Origin: an uncultured virus (IMG/VR IMGVR_UViG_3300036940_000262)
Taxonomy: Duplodnaviria; Heunggongvirae; Uroviricota; Caudoviricetes
DNA: 64,000 nt
Reading direction: 5' to 3' (one strand)
IMG/VR virus record: IMGVR_UViG_3300036940_000262
Shown: piece after piece, positions 38,931-47,436 of the stretch
Position numbering within the stretch: the first letter of the stretch is position 1
Layout of the letters: the number at the start of each line of letters is the position of its first letter
The notes under the pieces: generated by a model
The model's input: the letters and a program-made list of their open reading frames with translations, nothing else
What the model was told of the DNA's origin: nothing
Database searches by the model: none
Program-made: the position numbers and the translations under genes

Positions 38931-40289
38931 ATGGAAATTAAAGATGAGTTAAAAAACAATCCGCAGTTGCTGGAGGAGTTTGATGAAATATTTGACAACG
39001 AAGAAAAAGTGTCAATGGTGTTAAACTTAAAAAAGGATTCCTGCACAAGAACTATTAAGGATGTCCTATTTAATGAACTTGCATCTACTGAACCTATAAA
39101 GAACAGTAGAAGTGAAACATATTTAGGTTTATCAAAATCTGTACTAGAGCTTGGTATATTGTCACCCATTCATGTAATGGTAACAGAAGGGTATGCTGAG
39201 TGGTTAGAGGAAGGTCAACCAGGTGTGTTTACTGAAAGTAAGTACCTTATTATAGACGGTTTCAGGAGAGTATATGCGGGGTTAAAAGCGGGTTTAGAAG
39301 GGTGTAGAGCAGTAGTATGGGACTTTAAGGATAAAGATGAGGGTAGTCAAATACTGACTTCTTTATCAAGAGTATTAAACAAAACTCAAAAACATTCATG
39401 GAATGAGATTTGGTTTCTTCATCAAGTTTTAGAAATAAACTACAATCTAAGTCCGGGAACTTTAGAATACCTGTTGCAGATAGAGCTAGGGGACTCTATG
39501 AGATTAAAAGACATTATGACTTGTGATTATCCGGAGGTAAGGGATGAGTTGAGAGCAGGTAATAAGACTTTAATGCAGTGTTATACAATGCTTCAAAAGC
39601 TAAGAAAAGAAGAAGATATGTTGTTGCACGATGATGCGACAGGGGTATCAAGTGTTGATAGAAACAATGTATTGGGTTCTGAAATGTCTGGGTTAAAACC
39701 ACCAACATTAACTGACGATGAAGTTAAAGAGGTTATGGATATGGTTTCAGACTACGATGGCAGCTTATCTGATGATGACTTTGATGAGTTGATGGGTAAC
39801 AATGTACCTGATGAAAGACAGATGGTAGGTGAACGACATCCATTAGACCCAGCATTAAAAGCTGAAACATTATTACGGGACGAGTATAAGTGTGTTTGTT
39901 GTGGTAGAGGAGATGGATACCCTATAAAATATGCTTTGTCTATACTAAATAGCCACCATAAAGTATCAGTAGCAAATGGGGGTAAAGACACTGCAGAGAA
40001 CATAGCAACATTATGTCAAGTATGTCACACAATGGTTCACACCCTGCTTAAAAACTATTTGAAATTTGGTATGTCAAAAGAAACTTTTGATGAACTGCCA
40101 GAGGATACACAGGAATCCTTAAAGAAGATAATGAAATTAGCAAGAATCGACTACGAGGTAGGGGTACGATTAGGGAAAAATGCTAATGACTTTAAAGAAG
40201 CTAATAAAAACAACTTAAAATTCCGTATGCCGGGAGCTGATTTAAAAGATAACTTAGATGCTCTTAAACAAAGTGGTGTAATAAAATAG
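38931..40289 (+). CDS. ParB/Srx N-terminal domain fused to an HNH endonuclease
   Basis: GILSPIHV...IIDGFRR (ParB-N); CVCC...HHK....GG....N...LCQVCH...H (HNH). Confidence 0.85.
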   Translation: MEIKDELKNNPQLLEEFDEIFDNEEKVSMVLNLKKDSCTRTIKDVLFNELASTEPIKNSRSETYLGLSKSVLELGILSPIHVMVTEGYAEWLEEGQPGVFTESKYLIIDGFRRVYAGLKAGLEGCRAVVWDFKDKDEGSQILTSLSRVLNKTQKHSWNEIWFLHQVLEINYNLSPGTLEYLLQIELGDSMRLKDIMTCDYPEVRDELRAGNKTLMQCYTMLQKLRKEEDMLLHDDATGVSSVDRNNVLGSEMSGLKPPTLTDDEVKEVMDMVSDYDGSLSDDDFDELMGNNVPDERQMVGERHPLDPALKAETLLRDEYKCVCCGRGDGYPIKYALSILNSHHKVSVANGGKDTAENIATLCQVCHTMVHTLLKNYLKFGMSKETFDELPEDTQESLKKIMKLARIDYEVGVRLGKNANDFKEANKNNLKFRMPGADLKDNLDALKQSGVIK

Positions 40290-40291
40290 CA

Positions 40292-40327
40292 AACTGGGTA
40301 AATGTTCTTCATATTTTGTTGTATAAT
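40292..40327 (+). promoter_or_regulatory. Element-type promoter AACTGGGT-N22-TATAAT
   Basis: Recurrent motif; RBS GAGGAGG downstream. Confidence 0.72.
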
Positions 40328-40350
40328 ATTGATAAAAGATTTGAGGAGGT

Positions 40351-40716
40351 ATGAAGATGACTGGACATGTGGAGATTTTTGAAGGTATCCCAATAACTGT
40401 ACCAAACGATATAGTATCAATTACAGAGGATTATTATATAAGCTATAATGGTCTTGATATTGCTATATACGGTTGTTCAACAACTGCTTTAGTAGTAACA
40501 AATCCTAATAAGGCTGAAAAGTTTCTAATCTTAAATGGGGATCACAGATTGGCTTATAAGGAGATAGAGGACAACGGCGGTGGTTATTTGGGTTGCTTGG
40601 AGTATTTCAAGCTCAATCAGGATAAAAAGTCAAAATTTAGTGAAAATTGGGATGAGATGCTTGTAATGGATAATGGTAAGATTACTTATGTAAAAGATCC
40701 TGATTGTGAAAACTAG
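40351..40716 (+). CDS. Phage-type hypothetical protein
   Basis: 121 aa; YISYN...IYG..TTALV...FLILNGDH. Confidence 0.7.
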   Translation: MKMTGHVEIFEGIPITVPNDIVSITEDYYISYNGLDIAIYGCSTTALVVTNPNKAEKFLILNGDHRLAYKEIEDNGGGYLGCLEYFKLNQDKKSKFSENWDEMLVMDNGKITYVKDPDCEN

Positions 40717-40737
40717 TAGGGATAAACCTTGTTATAA

Positions 40738-40998
40738 CATTATTCAGCGGTACACTATCAAAAAGAAGAAGACTTTTTCTGTGATTTTAAACCATCAACA
40801 ACAGAGGTAGTTATAGAGGAGCAGAAAGGGTTTTCTTTCAAAGAAGAAGAACTTCATAAGGTATTGTTACCTTTATTCGAGGATTTAGGTAAACTGCCTG
40901 TAGTTGTAGATAAGTTGGATTTTATTGTTAGAGTAGATGGTTACTCAGATGTATTCATAAAGGAAGAAGAAAAGGAGAAAACAGTATTCGTATGGTAG
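40738..40998 (+). pseudogene. Open frame of about 86 codons without a clear start (frameshifted or atypical-start gene)
   Basis: YSAVHYQKEEDFFCDF...EKTVFVW* fills the gap and overlaps the dUTPase ATG. Confidence 0.4.
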
Positions 40999-41711
40999 AT
41001 ATTTTTAAAATTATTGATGATTTAGAGTACAAGACCTTATCAGAGGAAGGTGTACGAGTTGACGAGTTATTAGAGCAGATTGAGGACATTATGGATTCTG
41101 GATTATCTGAGAAGGTTGTCAATGAGTGTCGAGCATTAATGGGCTTCATTGCCTGTACAGAAGGGATTCCTTCAAGAATCTTGTCAGAGGCAAAAGTTTA
41201 CTTTGATAAAAACAAGACTAAGCGGTTCAGAAAGATGGGGGTATTCAGCCAGGTTTCTAAGGAGTGTTACCTAAAATCTGATGAAATGGGGTGTGATGTG
41301 GGTAATACATACAACAACATCAAACATCCTTTAGCAAAAACAGCGGATAGTGCTGGTTACGATTTCTTTTCACCAAAGGATTTTGTTTTAAATCCTAATG
41401 AGGTATGTGTACTTGCAACAGGTATTCGTTGCTTGATGAAACAAAACACTGTACTATTACTGTATCCTAGAAGTAGCTTAGGTTGCAACTACGGAATAGA
41501 ATTAAGTAACACTGTAGGTGTAGTAGATTCGGGGTACTATTTCTCAGACAACGAAGGTCACATTATCTTACATTTAAAGAATACGGGAAACAAACCATTA
41601 ACTGTCAAAGCAGGAGATTCTGTGGCTCAAGGAATATTTAACGAGTTCGGGGTAGATGGTTCTCAAAGAGCAGGTATTCGTAACGGTGGTCATGGTAGCA
41701 CAGGTAAATAA
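40992..41711 (+). CDS. dut: Trimeric dUTPase with N-terminal extension
   Basis: Motifs AGYD, PRSS, GVVDSGY, AQGIF and RNGGHGSTG. Confidence 0.93.
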   Translation: MVDIFKIIDDLEYKTLSEEGVRVDELLEQIEDIMDSGLSEKVVNECRALMGFIACTEGIPSRILSEAKVYFDKNKTKRFRKMGVFSQVSKECYLKSDEMGCDVGNTYNNIKHPLAKTADSAGYDFFSPKDFVLNPNEVCVLATGIRCLMKQNTVLLLYPRSSLGCNYGIELSNTVGVVDSGYYFSDNEGHIILHLKNTGNKPLTVKAGDSVAQGIFNEFGVDGSQRAGIRNGGHGSTGK

Positions 41712-41719
41712 TATTACAC

Positions 41720-41753
41720 TAAAAGATAAGGTTAAACACCTTATCTTTTATTT
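41720..41753 (+). terminator. Intrinsic terminator, possibly bidirectional
   Basis: TAAAAGATAAGGT/ACCTTATCTTTTA perfect stem. Confidence 0.8.
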
Positions 41754-41755
41754 AT

Positions 41756-41791
41756 AACAAGGTGTTTTTAAGAGTATTTAAAATGTAAAAT
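41756..41791 (+). promoter_or_regulatory. Element-type promoter AACAAGGT-N22-TAAAAT
   Basis: Recurrent motif directly after a terminator. Confidence 0.7.
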
Positions 41792-41864
41792 AGTCTTTAG
41801 TAGGAAAGAGGAAAAAAGGTTTTCCTGCAGAGCATGATTAAGTAAGGTTCTAAGAAGAAAGGCT

Positions 41865-41974
41865 TGCTGAAATTCGGGGCATATTTGCCCTGTAGTGGCT
41901 TTTTTAGAGTTTTTAAGGTAGGGCTGAGGGCGGTATAAAAAAGCTTTAAAAAAGGCATTAATCGAAAATTTTAG
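41865..41974 (+). repeat. Long imperfect palindrome related to 25491-25603
   Basis: TTTTTTAGAGTTTTT/AAAAAGCTTTAAAAAA arms with outer CTGAAATT/AATTTTAG. Confidence 0.5.
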
Positions 41975-41978
41975 GAAT

Positions 41979-42908
41979 GTGAGAGGATGTGTAAGTATGT
42001 TAGTTGAGACATTAGTAGAGAACTATGAGGAGTTAGGGTTGCCAGAGGAGTTTGTTGATATTCTTCCAATATACTGTCCCTCTTGCGGTAGTATGATGGA
42101 GATAGGTGAGGCATTGACAGGGTTATCTTGTTCAAATCAAAGATGTGTAGATAAGTTAGTCATGCGAATCAAAGGAATCTGTAAGGCTTTAAATATAACA
42201 GATTTTGGTGAAGCGACTATTGAGAAGTACATTCTGGATAGAGGCATAACAAATCATTTAGAAATGTTTGCTTTGGATGAGGGAGAATTGCTGTATGATG
42301 GAGCATCTGAAAAGATTTCAGATAAGGTAACAAGTCAGATAGAACAGCATAAAGAGTGGGTTTTGTGGGAATTTATTCAGATTGCAAACCTTCCTTTTAT
42401 ACAGACATCAGCAAGAAAAATATTTCAGGGGTATACGGATATTTATGAAGCCTATGATGAAATTACAGACGGTGGTGTAGAATTTATACAAGAGAAGTTG
42501 GGTATAAACGATTCTGAAACATTATCTGTTCAAGCCTTAAAGATTTATGGTGTTTTAAAAGATTTTGAACAGGACTTAAAAGATGCTGTAGATAATTATA
42601 TAACTCTTATAGATTTAGGTGATATTGTAGAGTTAAATGTTGTTTGTTCTGATCAAGTAGGTGGTGGTTTCTCTAAAAAATCTGAGTTTTACAACTATGT
42701 TTCTAGTGAGTACGGTAGTCGAGTTAAAGTGCATTTTCTATCTTCTGTAAATAAAACGATAGACTATCTTGTTTGGGCGGGTGCTGATGGCTCAGATGCT
42801 AGATACACCTCAAAAGTCAAGAAAGTAGAGGGGTACAACGATAAAGGTTGTGATATTCCTATTGTTACTGCAACAGACTTTATTGAAACATTAGAGGAGT
42901 TATATTAA
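41979..42908 (+). CDS. C-terminal half of an NAD-dependent DNA ligase (Zn finger, HhH, BRCT)
   Basis: PIYCPSCG...CSNQRC; ALNITDFGEATI (HhH); SSVNKTIDYLV...SKVKK...IPIV...DF (BRCT). Likely start ATG 41997. Confidence 0.8.
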   Translation: MRGCVSMLVETLVENYEELGLPEEFVDILPIYCPSCGSMMEIGEALTGLSCSNQRCVDKLVMRIKGICKALNITDFGEATIEKYILDRGITNHLEMFALDEGELLYDGASEKISDKVTSQIEQHKEWVLWEFIQIANLPFIQTSARKIFQGYTDIYEAYDEITDGGVEFIQEKLGINDSETLSVQALKIYGVLKDFEQDLKDAVDNYITLIDLGDIVELNVVCSDQVGGGFSKKSEFYNYVSSEYGSRVKVHFLSSVNKTIDYLVWAGADGSDARYTSKVKKVEGYNDKGCDIPIVTATDFIETLEELY

Positions 42909-43973
42909 ATGGATTATATAAGCTACAGCAGAGAACTTAACTGGATATTTTGTCAGGATTTTGAAAGGAGGGGGTATCGGAAATACAGCAGAACACCTGT
43001 AGGGTTAAGCAAATTCTTAAATGACTTTTCAAGAAAAAATACAAAGATGTTTATAACGGTTTGGGAGAACGATGGTAAATACAATATAACAAATGATTGT
43101 CTGGGGAGCTTAGAAGACTTCTTAAAAGGGGTAGGCAGGTATCTTTCAGAACTGAATATCCCTACTCATTCAATCTCTTGGTTAGCTGATGGCATAGAGG
43201 ATGGCAGAACTGTAATGTATGCTAAACCTTCTCAATTTGTTACAGGGGAGTATGATTTAGTCATCAGAAAAGAAATTGAATTAACTAAAGACTCCACTGG
43301 TAAAGAGTGTCAGCAAGAGGTAGACAGGTTGTTATATTGTGGTATAAATGATTTAGAGGCAATTAACTTACCTGTATCAGAGTACATCTACGAAAACCTT
43401 CATATAGATGATAAAACTTCAAGATTTGGAACTTGCATGACAAGATCGAAGTACAGTAGAATATCTGTTTCAAGAGTGCTGTTAGGTTTAGAGGGTTTAA
43501 GAAACACTATCTACCATGAATTAATACATACTTGCAGAGGTGCAAAGGGGCATGATGCAGTGTGGGTGCGGTATGCAAAAGTAGCAAGCAATGCATACGA
43601 TGTTGGAGAGATAAAAAGAACATCTGATCATGATGAAAAAGGAATTTCAGACGATGCTATAAAACACAACTACAAGATTGTATGCAAAGAATGTGGATAT
43701 AAGGGGTATCGGCAGAAATTAACAAGTGCATTGAAAGAAATTACAACTGGTTCTGATGCATACAGGTGTAATAGATGTAAAGGTAAATTAGAGGTACAAG
43801 ACAAGAACGGTTTTGTACTAGAACCTATAGAATCTGTTCCTAAGTACGAGATTATTTGTGTAGATTGTGGAACTACAAGTTATAAGTCAAAACGTTCTAA
43901 AGTTGTAGAACATCCTTATAATTACAGTTGCAGTAGGTGTGGTGGTACACTGAGAGTAAAGCAAAACTATTAA
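42909..43973 (+). CDS. SprT-like zinc metalloprotease with two C-terminal Zn ribbons
   Basis: RFGTC, TIYHELIH...GH...W; four CxxC motifs (two ribbons). Confidence 0.85.
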   Translation: MDYISYSRELNWIFCQDFERRGYRKYSRTPVGLSKFLNDFSRKNTKMFITVWENDGKYNITNDCLGSLEDFLKGVGRYLSELNIPTHSISWLADGIEDGRTVMYAKPSQFVTGEYDLVIRKEIELTKDSTGKECQQEVDRLLYCGINDLEAINLPVSEYIYENLHIDDKTSRFGTCMTRSKYSRISVSRVLLGLEGLRNTIYHELIHTCRGAKGHDAVWVRYAKVASNAYDVGEIKRTSDHDEKGISDDAIKHNYKIVCKECGYKGYRQKLTSALKEITTGSDAYRCNRCKGKLEVQDKNGFVLEPIESVPKYEIICVDCGTTSYKSKRSKVVEHPYNYSCSRCGGTLRVKQNY

Positions 43974-43993
43974 AGATAGGAGTAGACATTAAT

Positions 43994-44162
43994 ATGATAG
44001 AAAAAAGAAAATAATACTTGCCCTAAATGTGGTAAAATCTATTCAGAAAGACCAGCATTATCAAGAATAGATAATGAAACACAGATTTGTCCTGACTGTG
44101 GTTATCAAGAAGCGATGGACGCATTCAATGAACACATTAAAAATTCAAATACGGAGGAATAA
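43994..44162 (+). pseudogene. Small phage-type Zn-ribbon gene interrupted by one extra A in an A-run
   Basis: CPKCGKIYSERPALSRIDNETQICPDCG..EA frame is +1 relative to ATG 43994; deleting one A at 44001-44006 gives MIEKENNTCPKCG... Confidence 0.6.
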
Positions 44163-44163
44163 T

Positions 44164-45309
44164 ATGCCATTATTAGCAACGAAATTAAAGAAAGCGTTAA
44201 ACGAGATAAGACCGGGTTTAGATTACCATATAAAGAACAATAAGATAAATGGTAGGAACATTGGATGTTCAGGGTTTGTAGAGGATAAAGGAACAGGGTT
44301 GATTGTGTACTTAACAACTGATGAGAATACAATTGGAAAAGAAGCCTATATGTGCAGGTTTGCGGAGAGCTTAAAAGATTTTGTGGGTAAACAAAATCAT
44401 TGGACAACTGGTTTAGAGGAGTTAGTAAAAGAGGTAAATTCTATGTTAGATGCTAACGATTTTGTTTTAGGACATGAAAAAATAACAAGAAAAACAACAC
44501 AAAAACCTGTTGAAGAGAAATCTATTGAAGTTAGTAAAGTACCAGAAATTTTTATGTATCCTGAAAATTTTGCAGGGGCGTATACTGCAGTAGCACAAGC
44601 TTTTTTAGAGCTGTTCCCACAGGCAATTGACAGAATTAAAGAGTGTAAATCTTATCGATTGATGCTTGAAGAGGGTGCATGGTGCTTTCATAGTGAGCCT
44701 ATAAAAGACCTTAAATTAAATCATAGAGTGGCTAACTTGGTAAGTGCTTTTGAAGACAGAAATAAAGGGGTATATGTAGATACCGTTAAGATAACATTAG
44801 ATGCCTTTTATAAGCTACCTAACAGTGCTTTTAAAGACTTTATCGTTAAAGAAAGTGGATCACATGGAGTTGTTGAAGGTCGCAGACCTGTTAAATTAAT
44901 GGGGTATGACAACATTAATGTATTCAACATTTCAGATGTTCGTGATACTGTTGTAGACGCTTTACCGAGTTGGAAACCTATTGGTGTGATAGGTTTAAAA
45001 GAGCAAAACTATTTGGAGTATTTTTCTACTGAAATGGGGTCTGGTTTTAATCGACTGGAGGATGTTAACACTTTAGGTATGTGGGAGAGTTTTGCTTACA
45101 ACAATATTGTGCTTTATGACAGTAAATCACCATATTTGATAAAAGAGAAGGATCAAGAATCTTTTAATGATTTAATCAAAAGATTTGTGGTAAAGATAGA
45201 CAAACCTCTTGTATCTATAACTTGGTTAAATAGTCCAAAAATGCAAGGGAAGGTTTACATTAGAGAATCTTTATGGGAGCGGGGTTCTTTTGAAGTGATG
45301 GTTAAGTAG
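44164..45309 (+). CDS. Hypothetical protein
   Basis: Start moved from 44074 to ATG 44164 after RBS GGAGGA. Confidence 0.7.
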   Translation: MPLLATKLKKALNEIRPGLDYHIKNNKINGRNIGCSGFVEDKGTGLIVYLTTDENTIGKEAYMCRFAESLKDFVGKQNHWTTGLEELVKEVNSMLDANDFVLGHEKITRKTTQKPVEEKSIEVSKVPEIFMYPENFAGAYTAVAQAFLELFPQAIDRIKECKSYRLMLEEGAWCFHSEPIKDLKLNHRVANLVSAFEDRNKGVYVDTVKITLDAFYKLPNSAFKDFIVKESGSHGVVEGRRPVKLMGYDNINVFNISDVRDTVVDALPSWKPIGVIGLKEQNYLEYFSTEMGSGFNRLEDVNTLGMWESFAYNNIVLYDSKSPYLIKEKDQESFNDLIKRFVVKIDKPLVSITWLNSPKMQGKVYIRESLWERGSFEVMVK

Positions 45310-45337
45310 CAACTTTAGATTAAACTAGAAACGAGGT

Positions 45338-45829
45338 ATGATTATACAGTCAGTTAAAATAGGGGTAGTGGATGTTATTGAAATAGCGACTAAGATTAGA
45401 GAGGAGATTTCTGAGAAGTACAGAGATATTTCTTTAGAGTTCGATGTACCTAATCATAGAACAGTAACTTTAGTGGCATTAGAGAATCACATTATTTTTG
45501 CTATTTCAAAAGGGGTAGACAAATATAAAGGAATTTATGTTATTGAACAAAATGAGTCAACTTTAGGTTTTACACCTAATATATTTAAGAGGGTTGATGA
45601 ACCAGTATCCGCACCTGTAATAAGAAGTGTATTAAAAGAGGATGCAAATGTTGTAAGACCTCTATTATTTTGGTTTAAACAAGAGGATATATCAAAAAAC
45701 AAAAATATTGAGTTCTTTGACAAAATAATTTCAAACAGTGTTGAAAGTTTTGTACAAGATGTTTATGTTGCTGAGGTTTTAAGTAAAAGATTAGAACAAG
45801 GTAAAATAGACAGATATATTATGGTATAA
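45338..45829 (+). CDS. Hypothetical protein
   Basis: 163-aa ORF in the co-oriented run. Confidence 0.6.
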   Translation: MIIQSVKIGVVDVIEIATKIREEISEKYRDISLEFDVPNHRTVTLVALENHIIFAISKGVDKYKGIYVIEQNESTLGFTPNIFKRVDEPVSAPVIRSVLKEDANVVRPLLFWFKQEDISKNKNIEFFDKIISNSVESFVQDVYVAEVLSKRLEQGKIDRYIMV

Positions 45830-45842
45830 TTTATTCAGAGAG

Positions 45843-46133
45843 GTGAGTATGGTTAGTAAAGAGGTAGTTTTTTCAACGTTTAATGAGGCTTATTTGGGTG
45901 AGGATGGGTGTATTAACGAAAAAGTATTGTGCGATTCTTTAAAAGAGGCGATAGACAAACTGGATAGTACAGAAGGTAAATCTCCAAAGTCCTTAGTTTG
46001 GGATTCTTTAATGCATTTAGTTCCAGAGGTGACTGTAACAAGCCCATTATTAAACAATTGGCTGAAGGAGTATGGAAGGGGTATGCGTTCACTAGACGGT
46101 GCTTTAGAGTACGCAACATTAAAATTAATTTAG
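45843..46133 (+). CDS. Hypothetical protein
   Basis: 96-aa ORF with RBS GAGGTG. Confidence 0.6.
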   Translation: MSMVSKEVVFSTFNEAYLGEDGCINEKVLCDSLKEAIDKLDSTEGKSPKSLVWDSLMHLVPEVTVTSPLLNNWLKEYGRGMRSLDGALEYATLKLI

Positions 46134-46146
46134 CAGAGGTAGATTA

Positions 46147-47436
46147 ATGAAGATAGTGGATATGCTTGAGTTCGTAGATAAGTATGGATTCGAGGGATTT
46201 GATGATGAGAAGATAGAAGAACTTGAAGGGGTTATCATAGACTTAAATAAGTCTATGAATGACCCCGAAGCTGTTCTTGTAGCAGATGGCATTTACGATG
46301 CTCTTTTCGACTTATTGAAACGTTTAAAACCTGATGCAGATGTTTTAAACACAATATGGGAAGAGGATGGAGATATTACAGATTACACAGACTTATTGGT
46401 AAGAAATCCAATGATGTCTATTGAGACTGCAAAATCTTTTGATTGTCCAGAAATATTGCAGTTTGTAGACAGGTTACCTGATACAGCAGATTATATGGCA
46501 TCTTTTAAGTTGAACGGTCATGGTATTAGAATTGTTTATGAAGACGGTTTACTTGTATCGGCAACTTCAAGAGCAAGAAGTAGTGCTGGTAGAGATTTGA
46601 CAGAGCATATGAAACATATACTAGGTGTTTACAACGAATCATTAGAGGATTATGGTCTTGTAGAAATTAGAGCAGAAGCAGTATTAAGAACTTCATTAAT
46701 GTCTGAGGCTAGGGAGTTTAACAGCTCATTAAAATCTCCATTCTCTGCTGTAGCATCTCTTATGAGACAGTCTGCAACAGAAGAGGAAGTTAAACTACTT
46801 AGCGTAATCTGCTATAAAGTGTTGAGCGATAACTTGGATTTTGAGACATTGTCTGAGGAATACAGTTTCTTAGAGGACTGTGGTTTTGAAGTGCCTGAAC
46901 ATGGTGTTATCAGTAACTTAGGTAGAGAGAGTATTATCGGATTTCTTGAGGAAACTTTAATACCTGACTTAGAAAACCTTTATGAGGAGTATGATTATTT
47001 TTGTGATGGTATCGTGTTTGGTTTGAATGATTCTGAAGAATTTAATAGTTTAGGTTCTGAGGGTAAAAGTAATAATGGAAACATCGCATTAAAAGTAGGT
47101 GTGTGGAAACAAGATGTTTACACTGGAATTGTTAATAAAATTATTTGGACAAGGGGTAAAAACAAACTATCTCCTGTGGCAATTGTTAGTGAAAACTACG
47201 GTGATTTAGAGGAGATTGATGGTAAGTACGAGAATTTAAACGATATTGGAATCCTGACAATTCAAGGAAATAAGGTTAAAAGAGTGCCTTTGTACGAACC
47301 TAAAAATATTTTAATACTTGAATGTTATGAGGGAGAGCCTTTAAGTTTTCGTTACGGTGGAGAAGCAGGGGTAGTTCCTTGTTTTTCAGATGGTAGATTG
47401 CTTAAAGAGGATGTTGCTAGGGAGATTTTAACATGA
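46147..47436 (+). CDS. N-terminal half of an NAD-dependent DNA ligase (Ia, adenylation and OB domains)
   Basis: D..YD.L, PMMSI, motif I KLNG, GRDLT, EIRAE, DGIV, IALK and LSPVA; ends after motif VI with no Zn/HhH/BRCT. Confidence 0.85.
   Translation: MKIVDMLEFVDKYGFEGFDDEKIEELEGVIIDLNKSMNDPEAVLVADGIYDALFDLLKRLKPDADVLNTIWEEDGDITDYTDLLVRNPMMSIETAKSFDCPEILQFVDRLPDTADYMASFKLNGHGIRIVYEDGLLVSATSRARSSAGRDLTEHMKHILGVYNESLEDYGLVEIRAEAVLRTSLMSEAREFNSSLKSPFSAVASLMRQSATEEEVKLLSVICYKVLSDNLDFETLSEEYSFLEDCGFEVPEHGVISNLGRESIIGFLEETLIPDLENLYEEYDYFCDGIVFGLNDSEEFNSLGSEGKSNNGNIALKVGVWKQDVYTGIVNKIIWTRGKNKLSPVAIVSENYGDLEEIDGKYENLNDIGILTIQGNKVKRVPLYEPKNILILECYEGEPLSFRYGGEAGVVPCFSDGRLLKEDVAREILT

Noticed and set aside
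41861..41935. Resemblance to a c-di-AMP (ydaO) riboswitch (GCTGAA...GGGG...GGTAGGG)
   Set aside because: The conserved 3' half (CCCG...CAGCTAAC) is absent.
44074..44163. N-terminal 30 aa of the 411-aa ORF
   Set aside because: It overlaps the Zn-ribbon mini-gene; the RBS supports ATG 44164.
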